Origin: Verrucomicrobiota bacterium
Lineage (GTDB): Bacteria > Verrucomicrobiota > Verrucomicrobiia > Limisphaerales > CANJXF01
Direction: 5' to 3'
DNA: 17,386 nucleotides
Assembly: GCA_038214755.1 (NCBI GenBank)
Contig: JBBQRQ010000107.1
Coordinates: 1-17,386, forward strand
The position numbers and the translations under genes were made by a program. The notes below the pieces were generated by a model that was not told where the DNA came from, did not search any database, and worked only from the letters and a program-made list of their open reading frames with translations. Numbering within the stretch: the stretch's first letter is position 1; every line of letters starts with the position of its first letter. Below are positions 7,748 to 16,723 of this stretch, one piece after another.

Positions 7748-8067
7748 TGAAGGTATTGCTGGACGTCTGCACGCCAGTTCAAGTGCGCGACGGACTGCCC
7801 GGCCATGATGTGCATACAGCCGCGCGAATGGGCTGGAGAGAATTGGAAAATGGCGATCTGCTCCGTGCCGCTGAAGAATCCGGATTTTATCTTCTCATCA
7901 TTTGCGACAAGAACATGCGCCATCAGCAGAATCTCAGCGGAAGGAAACTCGCCATTCTCGAACTCTGGACGAACCACCGTCCTACACTGGAAAAGCATTG
8001 GTCCTACATCCGGCAGAATGCCGAATCGATCAAGCCTGGCGAATATCTCCAACTTCAAGCGCCTTGA
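7747..8067 (+). CDS. PIN-like toxin (DUF5615/VapC45-like)
   Basis: MKVLLDVCTP, GW.ELENGDLL.AAE..GF..LII.DKNM; TGATG coupling with DUF433. Confidence 0.88.
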   Translation: MKVLLDVCTPVQVRDGLPGHDVHTAARMGWRELENGDLLRAAEESGFYLLIICDKNMRHQQNLSGRKLAILELWTNHRPTLEKHWSYIRQNAESIKPGEYLQLQAP

Positions 8068-8282
8068 GCACCGCCATTCTGACCAGCGAAGGAACCGCCG
8101 AGAACGGCGTGAAAGTTCTCACCTTCATGGGCAAGATGGATTGCCCGGCGACCGGCGAGAAAGATATGCCGATCAAACAAGTGCTGCGAATCATCAGCCC
8201 CAACAAACGCATCTTCGAAATGCACGACGTGAGCAAAGGCGGCGACAACAAAACGATGGAGATCACCTACACGCGGAAGTAA
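8065..8282 (+). pseudogene. 3' fragment of a DUF1579-like gene, copy 2
   Basis: 211/218 nt identical to 7145..7362. Confidence 0.9.
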
Positions 8283-8334
8283 TTATTGTTCGCGAGTAAA
8301 GTTCAGATGGGCCTTTGGCCGCGTGCCATCGGCG

Positions 8335-8718
8335 TCAGAATTTCAACGGCGCACCCAGCAAATAGGTGCGTGGCAAACGCTGGAATAAACTCAGACGTTC
8401 CTTTTGCAATTTTCCCGCGAGCCAGTGGCGGAAGAAGCGATAGAGACAGTTCCGTCCCGAATTTTCTTTGCGCCGAACGAATTGGCGGAACTGCTGATTG
8501 CGGGCGTAGCAACGCTCCGCGCGTTGGTCTAACCAGTCAGACCATTCGACCGGGAGTTGAACGTCGAGAAAGCAACTGGCTTCGTGAATCACGGAGTCAG
8601 CGATGAGCCACGGCATGAGCAAGGTGTCGCGCTCGATGCCGGGGCGAAGTGAAATACCCCATTCGGCTAATATCTTTGCTTCGCGTTGCGAAACGGAGAG
8701 TTTGCTGGGGAAACGCAT
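8335..8718 (-). CDS. hypothetical protein, about 127 aa
   Basis: Open frame 8335..8862. Its first 48 codons cross a REP, so ATG 8718 (preceded by CATCAT, 6 nt) is preferred. Helical, W/H-rich sequence. Confidence 0.6.
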   Translation of the reverse strand: MRFPSKLSVSQREAKILAEWGISLRPGIERDTLLMPWLIADSVIHEASCFLDVQLPVEWSDWLDQRAERCYARNQQFRQFVRRKENSGRNCLYRFFRHWLAGKLQKERLSLFQRLPRTYLLGAPLKF

Positions 8719-8775
8719 CCGGGAATGATGAAAGACCTTTGGCCGATTCGTCGGCGATTTGATGCGGCATTTTGT

Positions 8776-8832
8776 TGTAGGGCCTTTGTCCTCAAACGCC
8801 ACGCCCCGGCGGCTGGGGACAACCGCCCTGCA
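8776..8832. repeat. second GTAG-type REP doublet
   Basis: tgtagggcctttgtcctcaaacgcc inverted against ggcggctggggacaaccgccctgca. Confidence 0.75.
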
Positions 8833-8858
8833 AGTTTTGGTTTTGCGCGCGTGAGTTT

Positions 8859-11800
8859 TCATTTGTTTCCTTCCACGAGATTTTTTTCTGCTTCGGTCAA
8901 GCCGTAGAGGTCATAGACGAGTTGATCGATCTGCTGGTCGGTGGCGGTGACGGCGTTTTGCAAGGTCTGTTGTTCGGCGGGGCTTTTGGCCGCGCGCAGC
9001 TTGGGCACCAGCACCACCATCTTGTCCACCAACCCAACCAACTTGTCGTGCCGCGCTTGATCGGACTTGGATTTGAGGTCAAGTTTCGGAAATGGTAATT
9101 CGCGAGTCTGTTTGATGATGGTTTTCGGGAAGTCGTCTCTACGAGCAACAAGATTGATTTGGCAAAAATACCAAGAAATCAAATGGCTGTTCAAGATGCT
9201 GAGGACAAAACGAATGTTCGGGAACTCACTCTTTGTAATCAAGCTCTGAACTGACTGGTTCGTTAAGAATTCTTCATCGGTGAACACACCTTGGAGACGA
9301 AACTTTCTGCTGAGTAATTGGCGAAGCAAAATGCGAGGGCCGCGAAAGAACTTTCGCGGCTTTCCGGCTTCGATTTCAGGCGTGTAGTCTTCAAATGCTT
9401 TCGGCCCAAGATCTAAAATATAGCGAAGCAGTTCTCCGTTCCATGCTCTCTTCGGAAACTTGCATTCTTTCGCTGACTTCGGAGCGTAAGTTTCGATGCC
9501 CCGCATTACTTCAACTGCGTCGTCGAGTGTTGCAGGGGCGCTACGAAGTTTTCTCACTAATCCAGCTTCTTCACGAGAGGAAAGAACAAGGAATCCATTG
9601 TCCTTCGATCCAATCCAATCTTCCAAATTGCCGATCTTCTTAAACGGTTCGAATTGTTTTTGGTTCTCTACCTTGTAACGGATTGGGAAGACAACGAGAT
9701 CAACTTCCTTATCTTCCAAATCTCCCCACGATTTTCCATTTTGAAGCCGCTCCGCCGTCACAATAATTGTGTCGATATAAGCACCGTCGAAAACATCATA
9801 CGGCAAAGATACAAACGCAGTTGGTTTGAACTGTTCGGCAAATCGTTCTCGCAACTTTTTCGAAGAAGGCGTCGAAACCCAACCGGATGGAATAATCATT
9901 CCAAATCGTCCTTTAGCACTCAGCAGATTTCCAGACTGCTCGACGAACATGATGAACGAATCAAGGGAGTTGGTGATCGATTTGAATTTAGATCGAATGT
10001 AGCTTTCGTATTCTTTTCCTATGTCCGCACCATAAGGCGGATTGCCAATCACAACGTCGAAGCCGCCGTATTTGAAAATCTTCGGAAACTGAACATCCCA
10101 ATCGAAGGCTTTGATGCGGGTCAGTGCTTCCGCGCTTTCGTTGGAGAACAATTCGTCGCCGCCGAAATCCGACGCGATGAGGGAGTTGCCGTTTTTGATG
10201 TTGTCCTGCAAGGGCGGCAGGCGCGATTTCCTCGGCAAAAAGTTCGCGTTCGCGGGCGAGCGTGGTGCGGTTCGCGTCTTCAAGCATCTTGAGGTAAAGC
10301 GAGAGTTGCGTCACTTCCACCGCTGCCGCGTCGAGGTCCACGCCATAAATATTTTTCGTCAGAATCTCGCGCTTGAGGTTGACGGTGAGATGGACGTCGC
10401 CGGTAGCCTTTTCCACCCAGCAAAGTTCTCTTTTCCGCGCCTTGGGATTGCGCGTGAGGTGACGCTGCCAATGTTCGCAGAGCCGTTCGTAGGCGCGGAT
10501 GAGAAAAGAGCCGGAACCGCAGGCGGGATCAAGCACGGTCAGCTTCAAGGTGTCGGCGGGCTTTCTGTCGTCCACGAGTTTGCCGACGGTTTGCTCGACG
10601 ATGTAATCCACGATGTAGCTGGGCGTGTAATAGACGCCGCCCGCTTTTCGCACTTCGGGTTTCTCCTCGATGATGACGCCGCGTCCGTGTGGGCGGACGA
10701 CTTTGCCGAGGAACCGTTCGTAAATGGTGCCGAGGATTTCGACGGAAATGATGTTGAACAGATAAGGCGATTCTTCCGCGCTGAGTTCACGGATGAAGTC
10801 GGCGAGCCATTCGTCGGAGACAAGCAGTTCTTCGCTGAAATGTTTTTTAAAAAGATTACCGTTGAAGAAAGGAACGTGCGTCGGCGGACGGCGATCAAGC
10901 GCGCGAAAGTGCCGGACGACGGCGTGCCAGAGAGCATCCTTCGGCGCGTTGATGCGACCGAACGCGCCGTAGGCAGGCGGTTCTTCGCGCACAAGAAAGT
11001 CGTGTTGCTTTTCGCGAAGGCCAGCTTCTTTGCCGTAATTTTTGCGCCACGTATCCGCGATGGAATCGAGGCGACCACCCGTATCAATGTCGCGGTCTTC
11101 GCAGATGCGAAGGAAAAGAAGACGATCAAGAATATGTTGCGTCGCTTCATTGAGCCGATTGTCAACGAGAAGATCGTCGCGTTCGTTGCTCTGGATTAAA
11201 TCAGAGGCGAGCGAGCGGCGCGCTTCGTCGAGAGTGTTGAGGAAATCATTGTCAATCGACTTATTCCGGTCGGGCTTGATAAGCCATTGCTGCCGCGCTC
11301 TGCCGGTGCCAGTCGCTTTTTTCGGAAGAGTGTCGATCAATTTGTCGATGCTGCCCGCCGCGATATTTTCATACGCGAGTAAGTCCCAAAGTTCATTGAC
11401 GATGAGCGGATATTGTTTGAAGTGGTAACTTTTCCAGAGGCCAACGTCGGGTAAATCGCGATGCGGCTTTCCGCCGACGATGTAAATTTTGATTTCTTCA
11501 AAGTCGGTGAGTAGCGCGAGGAAAACGCCTTTGTTGTAGGCATAACGCTTGGTTTGAAAAGCGTAGCGGGCATTCAATTCTTCGGCGGGCTTTTTCGCTT
11601 CGCAAACAAAACGGTCATTGGTGTCAGTGCGAAAGAGATAGTCAGCGCGTTTGTGTCCGCCTTCGATGGTGGTGCGGCTCTCGATTTCAACTTCGCGGTG
11701 TTTCGGAATGTGACCAGCGCGATTCTCCAAATCCCAGCCGAGCGCGCGAAAGAATGGATTCAGAAAATCATCGCGGAGCTGCGCTTCGACGTAGCCCTGA

Positions 11801-11889
11801 CTTTTGTGATGATGCAGATTTTTCTCAAAACTTTTAACGAGACGCGCGAGTTCCTCTCTAAAATTTTCGAGGCTGGTTGGTACTGGCAT
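8859..11889 (-). pseudogene. type IIG (Eco57I-like) fused endonuclease/N6-adenine methyltransferase, frameshifted near 10221
   Basis: Nuclease RADYLF…CEAKK; GVYYTP; motif I LDPACGSGSFL; GVDLD; after the shift LPPLQDNIKNGNSL, motif IV GFDVVIGNPPY, TaqI-C-like TRD, DQQIDQLVYDLYGLT. About 1009 aa if repaired. Confidence 0.9.
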
Positions 11890-11931
11890 CTGCCGAATAT
11901 TTTAAAACGTTTGAACAGGCGGAGCGAGTGT

Positions 11932-12195
11932 TTACTTTTTCCCCGCCAATTCCAAAACCGAGGCGCACATCGCGGTGATGGCGGTTTTGATGGTCGGCTC
12001 GACCACCGGCGCGAAGAATGGCGAATGCAGTGACGGCAACGGCTTTCCGGTTTTCTTGCTTTCGGCCACGAGTTCCGGCTTCATCGCGCCAACCCAAAAG
12101 ATGCAGGAGGGAATTTTCTCCGGCGTGCGGCTGTATTCGCTGAAATCTTCGCCACCCATCGTGGGTTTGGATTTGATCACGTTCGTTGCGCCCGT
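11932..12195 (-). pseudogene. 3' fragment of an M20 amidohydrolase gene
   Basis: GATNVIKSKPTMGGEDFSEY…IFWVGA…LPSLHSPFFAP..EPTIKTAITAM; only about 87 C-terminal codons are present. Confidence 0.88.
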
Positions 12196-12225
12196 GCCCC
12201 AGACGATCATTGCGGATGTACGCCT

Positions 12226-13470
12226 TCATAAACAAGCCCAAGGCAGCGCGGTCACTTTGTCGTGCAGACGCAGAGGTCTTACGCAGCGGCAGATGATGTA
12301 ACCGTGTTTCGCTTGCCGGGGATGTTCTTGCAAAAATGTTAGTAGGTGCCGCGCGTCGGTCAGTGATGGATTCTCGGTCCATTTGACTTCGATAGGTGTC
12401 AGCTTGCCAGCTCTGGCGATAATGAAGTCCACCTCGGCGCCGTCTTTGGTGCGCAAGTAATGGAGCGTGCCGCCCCCCAGATATTGCAGGCGTTTCCAAA
12501 GTTCGATGCCCACCCATTGCTCGAAGAGCGGGCCGGGATTCGCACGCACTACGTCGCGTGAGGCCCGCAGGCCAGCAGCGGCGTGGCGCAGTCCGAGGTC
12601 AAACAGGAAAAAGCGCGGCGTCGAAAGAAGATGTTTACGCGGGCTGCCCGACCACGCAGGCACGGTGAAGCCGATAAACATGTCTTCCAGTAACTGATAG
12701 TGGGATTTGATCGTCGGTTGCGAGGGGCCGGATTCTTTTGAGATGCCCGCATAATTGAGAATCTGGCCCGACTCAGTGGCCGCCAGCCGAAGAAAGCGCA
12801 GAAAGGCCGCCCAATCCTTGACCATTGCTTCGCGGCGGATTTCCTCTTCGAGATGAACGACGGCATAGGCTTGGAGCATCTCGTCGCGATCTTCCTCCGG
12901 TGCGGCGCAAACACCCGGCAATTCGCCGAAGGCCAGTCGCGTTTCGAGGTCGGCGGCGGGAAAACGATTCGATGGCGGAGTCTTTTCCTTCCATGAAAAT
13001 TCCAACGGCGACTCCATGCGGCTCGTCGGTTTGGGCTGTGGCGGCCGCTCGGCCAGCGTCAGCGGAAACAAGCGGTGTAAAAAGCTGCGACCCGGCAAAA
13101 GGTTCGCGCCGGTCTGGCGTAATTTCCGCGCGGAACTGCCGCACAGGATAAAACGCCAGCGTTGTTTATCGCGATCGTAAAGATGTTGCACGGCGTCGAA
13201 AATTGCCGGAACGGATTGAGCCTCATCCACGAAAACATAGGCGCCGCCCTTGGTTTCGGGCAACGCGCGACACTCCTGAACCAACCGGTCCGGCTCGCTC
13301 AGATAGCGCGAGCGCGTGGCTGGGTCAGACAGATCAATCTCGAGCACATCAGCGGGAAGCAATTTACGGAGGAGCGTGGACTTGCCGGTCTGCCGCGCGC
13401 CGAACATCAGGTGAACGTAAGGTTTGGCGAGCTTGACCCGTAACGATTCTTCATACCAGCGGGCGAACAT
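12226..13470 (-). CDS. AAA_14 ATPase with DUF4143 and a C-terminal PD-(D/E)xK-like domain
   Basis: Walker A GARQTGKST, Walker B VFVDEAQ, LCGSSA, LPGR, FFLFDLGL, LFEQWV, EVDFII…IEVK. Confidence 0.92.
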   Translation of the reverse strand: MFARWYEESLRVKLAKPYVHLMFGARQTGKSTLLRKLLPADVLEIDLSDPATRSRYLSEPDRLVQECRALPETKGGAYVFVDEAQSVPAIFDAVQHLYDRDKQRWRFILCGSSARKLRQTGANLLPGRSFLHRLFPLTLAERPPQPKPTSRMESPLEFSWKEKTPPSNRFPAADLETRLAFGELPGVCAAPEEDRDEMLQAYAVVHLEEEIRREAMVKDWAAFLRFLRLAATESGQILNYAGISKESGPSQPTIKSHYQLLEDMFIGFTVPAWSGSPRKHLLSTPRFFLFDLGLRHAAAGLRASRDVVRANPGPLFEQWVGIELWKRLQYLGGGTLHYLRTKDGAEVDFIIARAGKLTPIEVKWTENPSLTDARHLLTFLQEHPRQAKHGYIICRCVRPLRLHDKVTALPWACL

Positions 13471-13530
13471 GACTTAAATATGAACCCGCTTTTTTTAAAA
13501 GTCATTTTATATTTCTCGCCTTTTTATAAA
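13471..13530 (-). promoter_or_regulatory. AT-rich leaderless promoter with repeated boxes
   Basis: Minus strand ATGACT, 17 nt, CATATT, 6 nt, ATG; cccgctttttttaaaa and ctcgcctttttataaa recur 30 nt apart. Confidence 0.5.
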
Positions 13531-13609
13531 ACGGGGTTTGGAAAATCCGCCCCTCCGTAACCTGGCAAACTTCATAGCCCCTTAGACATAGCGTTGCAAC
13601 CGGGTTTTA

Positions 13610-13918
13610 GAATCCAGCGGCGAAATGATGGGCAAACCTTTTCAGGGAATGAGCCTGACGGGTTACGATAATCAGAAGGAAAAATACAACACCGTCGGGG
13701 TCGACGACATGAGCACCGCCATTCTGACCACCGAAGGAACTGCCGAGGGCGGCGGGAAAGTTCTCACGTTCACGGGCAAGATGGATTGCCCGGCGACCGG
13801 CGAGAAAGATATGCCGATCAAACAGGTGATTCGAATCATCAGCCCAATGCATCTTCTAAATGCGCGATATGAGCAAAGGCGGCAGAAGACAATAGAGATT
13901 ACCTACCCGCCGAAGCAA
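13610..13918 (+). pseudogene. 3' fragment of a DUF1579-like gene, copy 3 (longest, decayed)
   Basis: ESSGEMMGKPFQGMSLTGYDNQKEK…; indels after IISP and TAA changed to CAA. Confidence 0.88.
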
Positions 13919-14240
13919 TCGACAGCGGAGGAATCAATTAGATCGTTCGGGGTATCGAAAATAGATTCCGTCTTTTCTACAACGAACTGCGTTTGTCCGA
14001 TTCCACCCAGATTTCGTCTTTGGGACTCGACTCAATCTTCGACATCAGCTCAAACTTCGATTCGTTAAAAAACGAGCGCAGAGGTTCGAGCGCGCTAAGT
14101 TTTTAGCGATGTTTTATGGGCGTTGGCCAGCCGGTGATGATAACCATGTGCGCAAGGAAATAATCATGTTCGTCATGCAACTGTACTCTTGCTATTGACA
14201 ATCTTCGGCGTAGCTTCGCGACTTACGCATAGAAAACAGT

Positions 14241-15701
14241 ATGAGCCTGTTCCCATATCTTCTCCTTCCTGACGGTATAGCCGATCAAGCCGCCGCACTC
14301 GGTCATGGGATGCCGCCGAATCTGGACGACGCTCGGTTCATTAATGCAAAGCCCGAAGAGGAAACCGTAGAGGCGACTCTCTCTCAAGTGAATAACGCGG
14401 ATGATGTGGAATTCGTCCGCAATGTGCCGTTGCGCGTGTGTCGCGGCGTTCGGCTACCACTCAAAGCGCCTTCAGGGGCAGAGAATCCAGAGGAGTTCCG
14501 GCTCTACGGCATTGTGGCCGAGCCGAGGGATGAAGTGGATTTTCAGCTCGTCAAGGAATGCGCGTTGGTCGCTGCGGCCTGGCCGCGGTCCCGCCGCTGG
14601 CACGATTACGCTTACTTCAAACCGCCCGCTGACAAAGGCACGGAGCGCAACAATCGTATCTGGCAGGAAGCCCTGCGCTATCGCGGTGGCTGGCGCGAAT
14701 ACCTGCGCGAGGAAGCCACCGTCAATCTTTTCTCCCAGCAGCACGGACTTTGGAAGGCCGCTCTTTTCGATCCAAATCTCGCCGATGAAAACATCGCTCC
14801 AGGACGCGAATATTCCTTGCCGCGCCCGAAGAAAAGAAAAAAACAAAAGGAACAATCGGACATAGTGCCCTCCATTTACTGGGGACTCTGTCATGATCTC
14901 GCGGAATGCACGCGCGTTCTAAAATCCAAGGAGCAGTCGCCACAACTTGACGATCTGAAAGTGGCTACCATTGAAGGCTTCTTGTTCAAGAAATATCTGA
15001 AGGGGCATCCGACGCTCGACCCGCGCTCTAACCCATGGGAGAATCCGAAAACCGGCGAATATCATTTCCACGAAACGGTTCATGAAAGTCTCCGCAACAC
15101 TGAACGCACGGAACAATTCATGAACCACGCTATTCGCGTTGCGTTGGCTGGGCCCGAGGATTTAGATGAGTTTCCAAAGTTCTCAGTTCAGAATGGCCAA
15201 CCCCGTCGACTGGTTGCTACACAAGTTCAATGGATTTACGTGGAACTCATGCTCAACGCACACAAGCGGGCGGTTTATGTGCAATATGGAGTCAAGCCTC
15301 CGCTTGGCACGCGACCACCCACCAATCCAGAACCGAAGGAAGTAGACCAGTCGGCGGCACTCGCCTCGGCAGTGCAGGAGTGGGTGCAATTTTATACTCC
15401 GCAATCGGACAGGGCGCGGAAACTTGCGTTGGCCGAGGCCCTGCAGACACTCGAGTTCCCCGCTCCCGTTGAGTGGGAGGCAACAGGTACCGACTTTATC
15501 GACCCGAACTCGCCCACTAACGAACCAGACGCTCCCGCCGTGATTGATGCCTGCCTTCAAATCGTGACTCTCGCTCGGTTAGGCGTCACCGATCCTCGCA
15601 CTCCGATGTTTCTGAACGAGCTGGCTGGCGATGGTGAACCGCAAGTCCGCCTCGTGGTGGAGTATGCGCTCGCGCAGTTAAGAACGATTCGACAACCGTG
15701 A
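14241..15701 (+). CDS. hypothetical protein, 486 aa, possible HEAT-like C-terminus
   Basis: Long ORF coupled (GTGA) to the next gene; ends FLNELAGDGEPQVRLVVEYALAQL; Pro-rich linker KPPLGTRPPTNPEP. Confidence 0.8.
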   Translation: MSLFPYLLLPDGIADQAAALGHGMPPNLDDARFINAKPEEETVEATLSQVNNADDVEFVRNVPLRVCRGVRLPLKAPSGAENPEEFRLYGIVAEPRDEVDFQLVKECALVAAAWPRSRRWHDYAYFKPPADKGTERNNRIWQEALRYRGGWREYLREEATVNLFSQQHGLWKAALFDPNLADENIAPGREYSLPRPKKRKKQKEQSDIVPSIYWGLCHDLAECTRVLKSKEQSPQLDDLKVATIEGFLFKKYLKGHPTLDPRSNPWENPKTGEYHFHETVHESLRNTERTEQFMNHAIRVALAGPEDLDEFPKFSVQNGQPRRLVATQVQWIYVELMLNAHKRAVYVQYGVKPPLGTRPPTNPEPKEVDQSAALASAVQEWVQFYTPQSDRARKLALAEALQTLEFPAPVEWEATGTDFIDPNSPTNEPDAPAVIDACLQIVTLARLGVTDPRTPMFLNELAGDGEPQVRLVVEYALAQLRTIRQP

Positions 15702-16624
15702 GAGATTCGCCTGTGAACAGTGCTGTAGCTGAGAATCCAAAGAAAAGCGACTCCCCAGGCGATCGACGTTGGAGGTATGGTTTCGCTGGCTTGGTCCGCG
15801 TCAGTTGGATCAGTCCCGATGGAGTCGATGAGATTCAATATGGCTCCGGCGTGTTGGTAACACGCACACTTATTATCACGGCCAAACACGTTGTTCACAA
15901 CGGCGGGAAAAAGGCAACTCCCAGAGATTTCGTAGTTCGTCAAGATTTGTCGAACTCGACGGTGGCGTGTGAGCGCATTGAGCGCCACGCCGACCTCGAT
16001 CTCGCGCTGCTCTGGCTCAGCGAAGAGTTGCCTGCCCCGAATATCGTCTGGCTCAATGGAGGTGTTCCGTTTGACTGTTTGCCCGAAGGCGTTTTCTGGC
16101 GCGCGTTCGGCTATCCCGCCGAAAGCGGCAAAGCTCGCGCTTGTCAGCAAGTGTTATCCGATCCCCACCCGTCACCGGGTTCGGATGCTTCGGGCAGTCT
16201 GGTACGCATCCAAATCGAAAAGGGACTTCCATATGGTTACAGCGGTGGGCCGGTTTTTTTGGAGAGCGGGACGCAGCGGATGTTCGTCGGCATCGGCAGG
16301 CTAGGCGGCGATGGTGCGTCCGTTACGGGAGTTCTGCCCTCGGACGAGATACTGAAATTTCTTGAGGAACACGAGAAAGCAGTGCGGCAACACATGCGAA
16401 CCGAGTCTGCCGCTCATTTTTTTGCCGCCGCTCACCGACGACATCTCACCAAGGTTTCAATCGCAATCGCAGGCGTCGGGTTAATCCTTATTGCCGTTCT
16501 TTTGTCGACGGCGCGTCTTGGCGCTCCGCGACCACAACAGGTCACGAATTCAGTTATTGAGTCCCCGGACATACCTGTAGTAACTAAACCAGAATCCAGA
16601 TGGACCAATGTCTTCGGTCCATAG
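15698..16624 (+). CDS. trypsin-like serine protease with a C-terminal transmembrane helix
   Basis: GSGVLV, ITAKHVV (His), DLALL (Asp), FGYP, GYSGGPV (Ser); TM VSIAIAGVGLILIAVLL. Confidence 0.9.
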   Translation: MRDSPVNSAVAENPKKSDSPGDRRWRYGFAGLVRVSWISPDGVDEIQYGSGVLVTRTLIITAKHVVHNGGKKATPRDFVVRQDLSNSTVACERIERHADLDLALLWLSEELPAPNIVWLNGGVPFDCLPEGVFWRAFGYPAESGKARACQQVLSDPHPSPGSDASGSLVRIQIEKGLPYGYSGGPVFLESGTQRMFVGIGRLGGDGASVTGVLPSDEILKFLEEHEKAVRQHMRTESAAHFFAAAHRRHLTKVSIAIAGVGLILIAVLLSTARLGAPRPQQVTNSVIESPDIPVVTKPESRWTNVFGP

Positions 16625-16723
16625 ACCAGCAACCCCATTGCGTCGACCGGATTCGAGCAAAGATTTATCCGCAGACTCGGCCGATTTCTGTGTACGAGAT
16701 TCACGTTTCACCTGCGCGTGAGG

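Noticed and set aside
9988..10283. Two separate RM genes or programmed frameshifting
   Set aside because: The overlapping tails are non-homologous junk, the methylase motifs are split across frames, and there is no slippery sequence.
10111..11199. Long antisense ORFs (also 4671..5630, 9654..10292, 11858..12517)
   Set aside because: They are shadow or alternative frames overlapping well-supported genes and lack recognisable motifs.
7067..13918. Integron or CRISPR interpretation of the repeats
   Set aside because: The repeats are 200-300 bp protein-coding fragments with variable starts. No attC structure, intI, cas genes or regular spacers are present.
13920..14240. Possible sRNA or gene remnant upstream of the 486-aa gene
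   Set aside because: Only short startless frames are present, with no recognisable structure or family.
14821..14850. PKKRKK nuclear-localisation-like motif in the 486-aa protein
   Set aside because: It arises from an A-rich tract. There is no secretion or host-association evidence.
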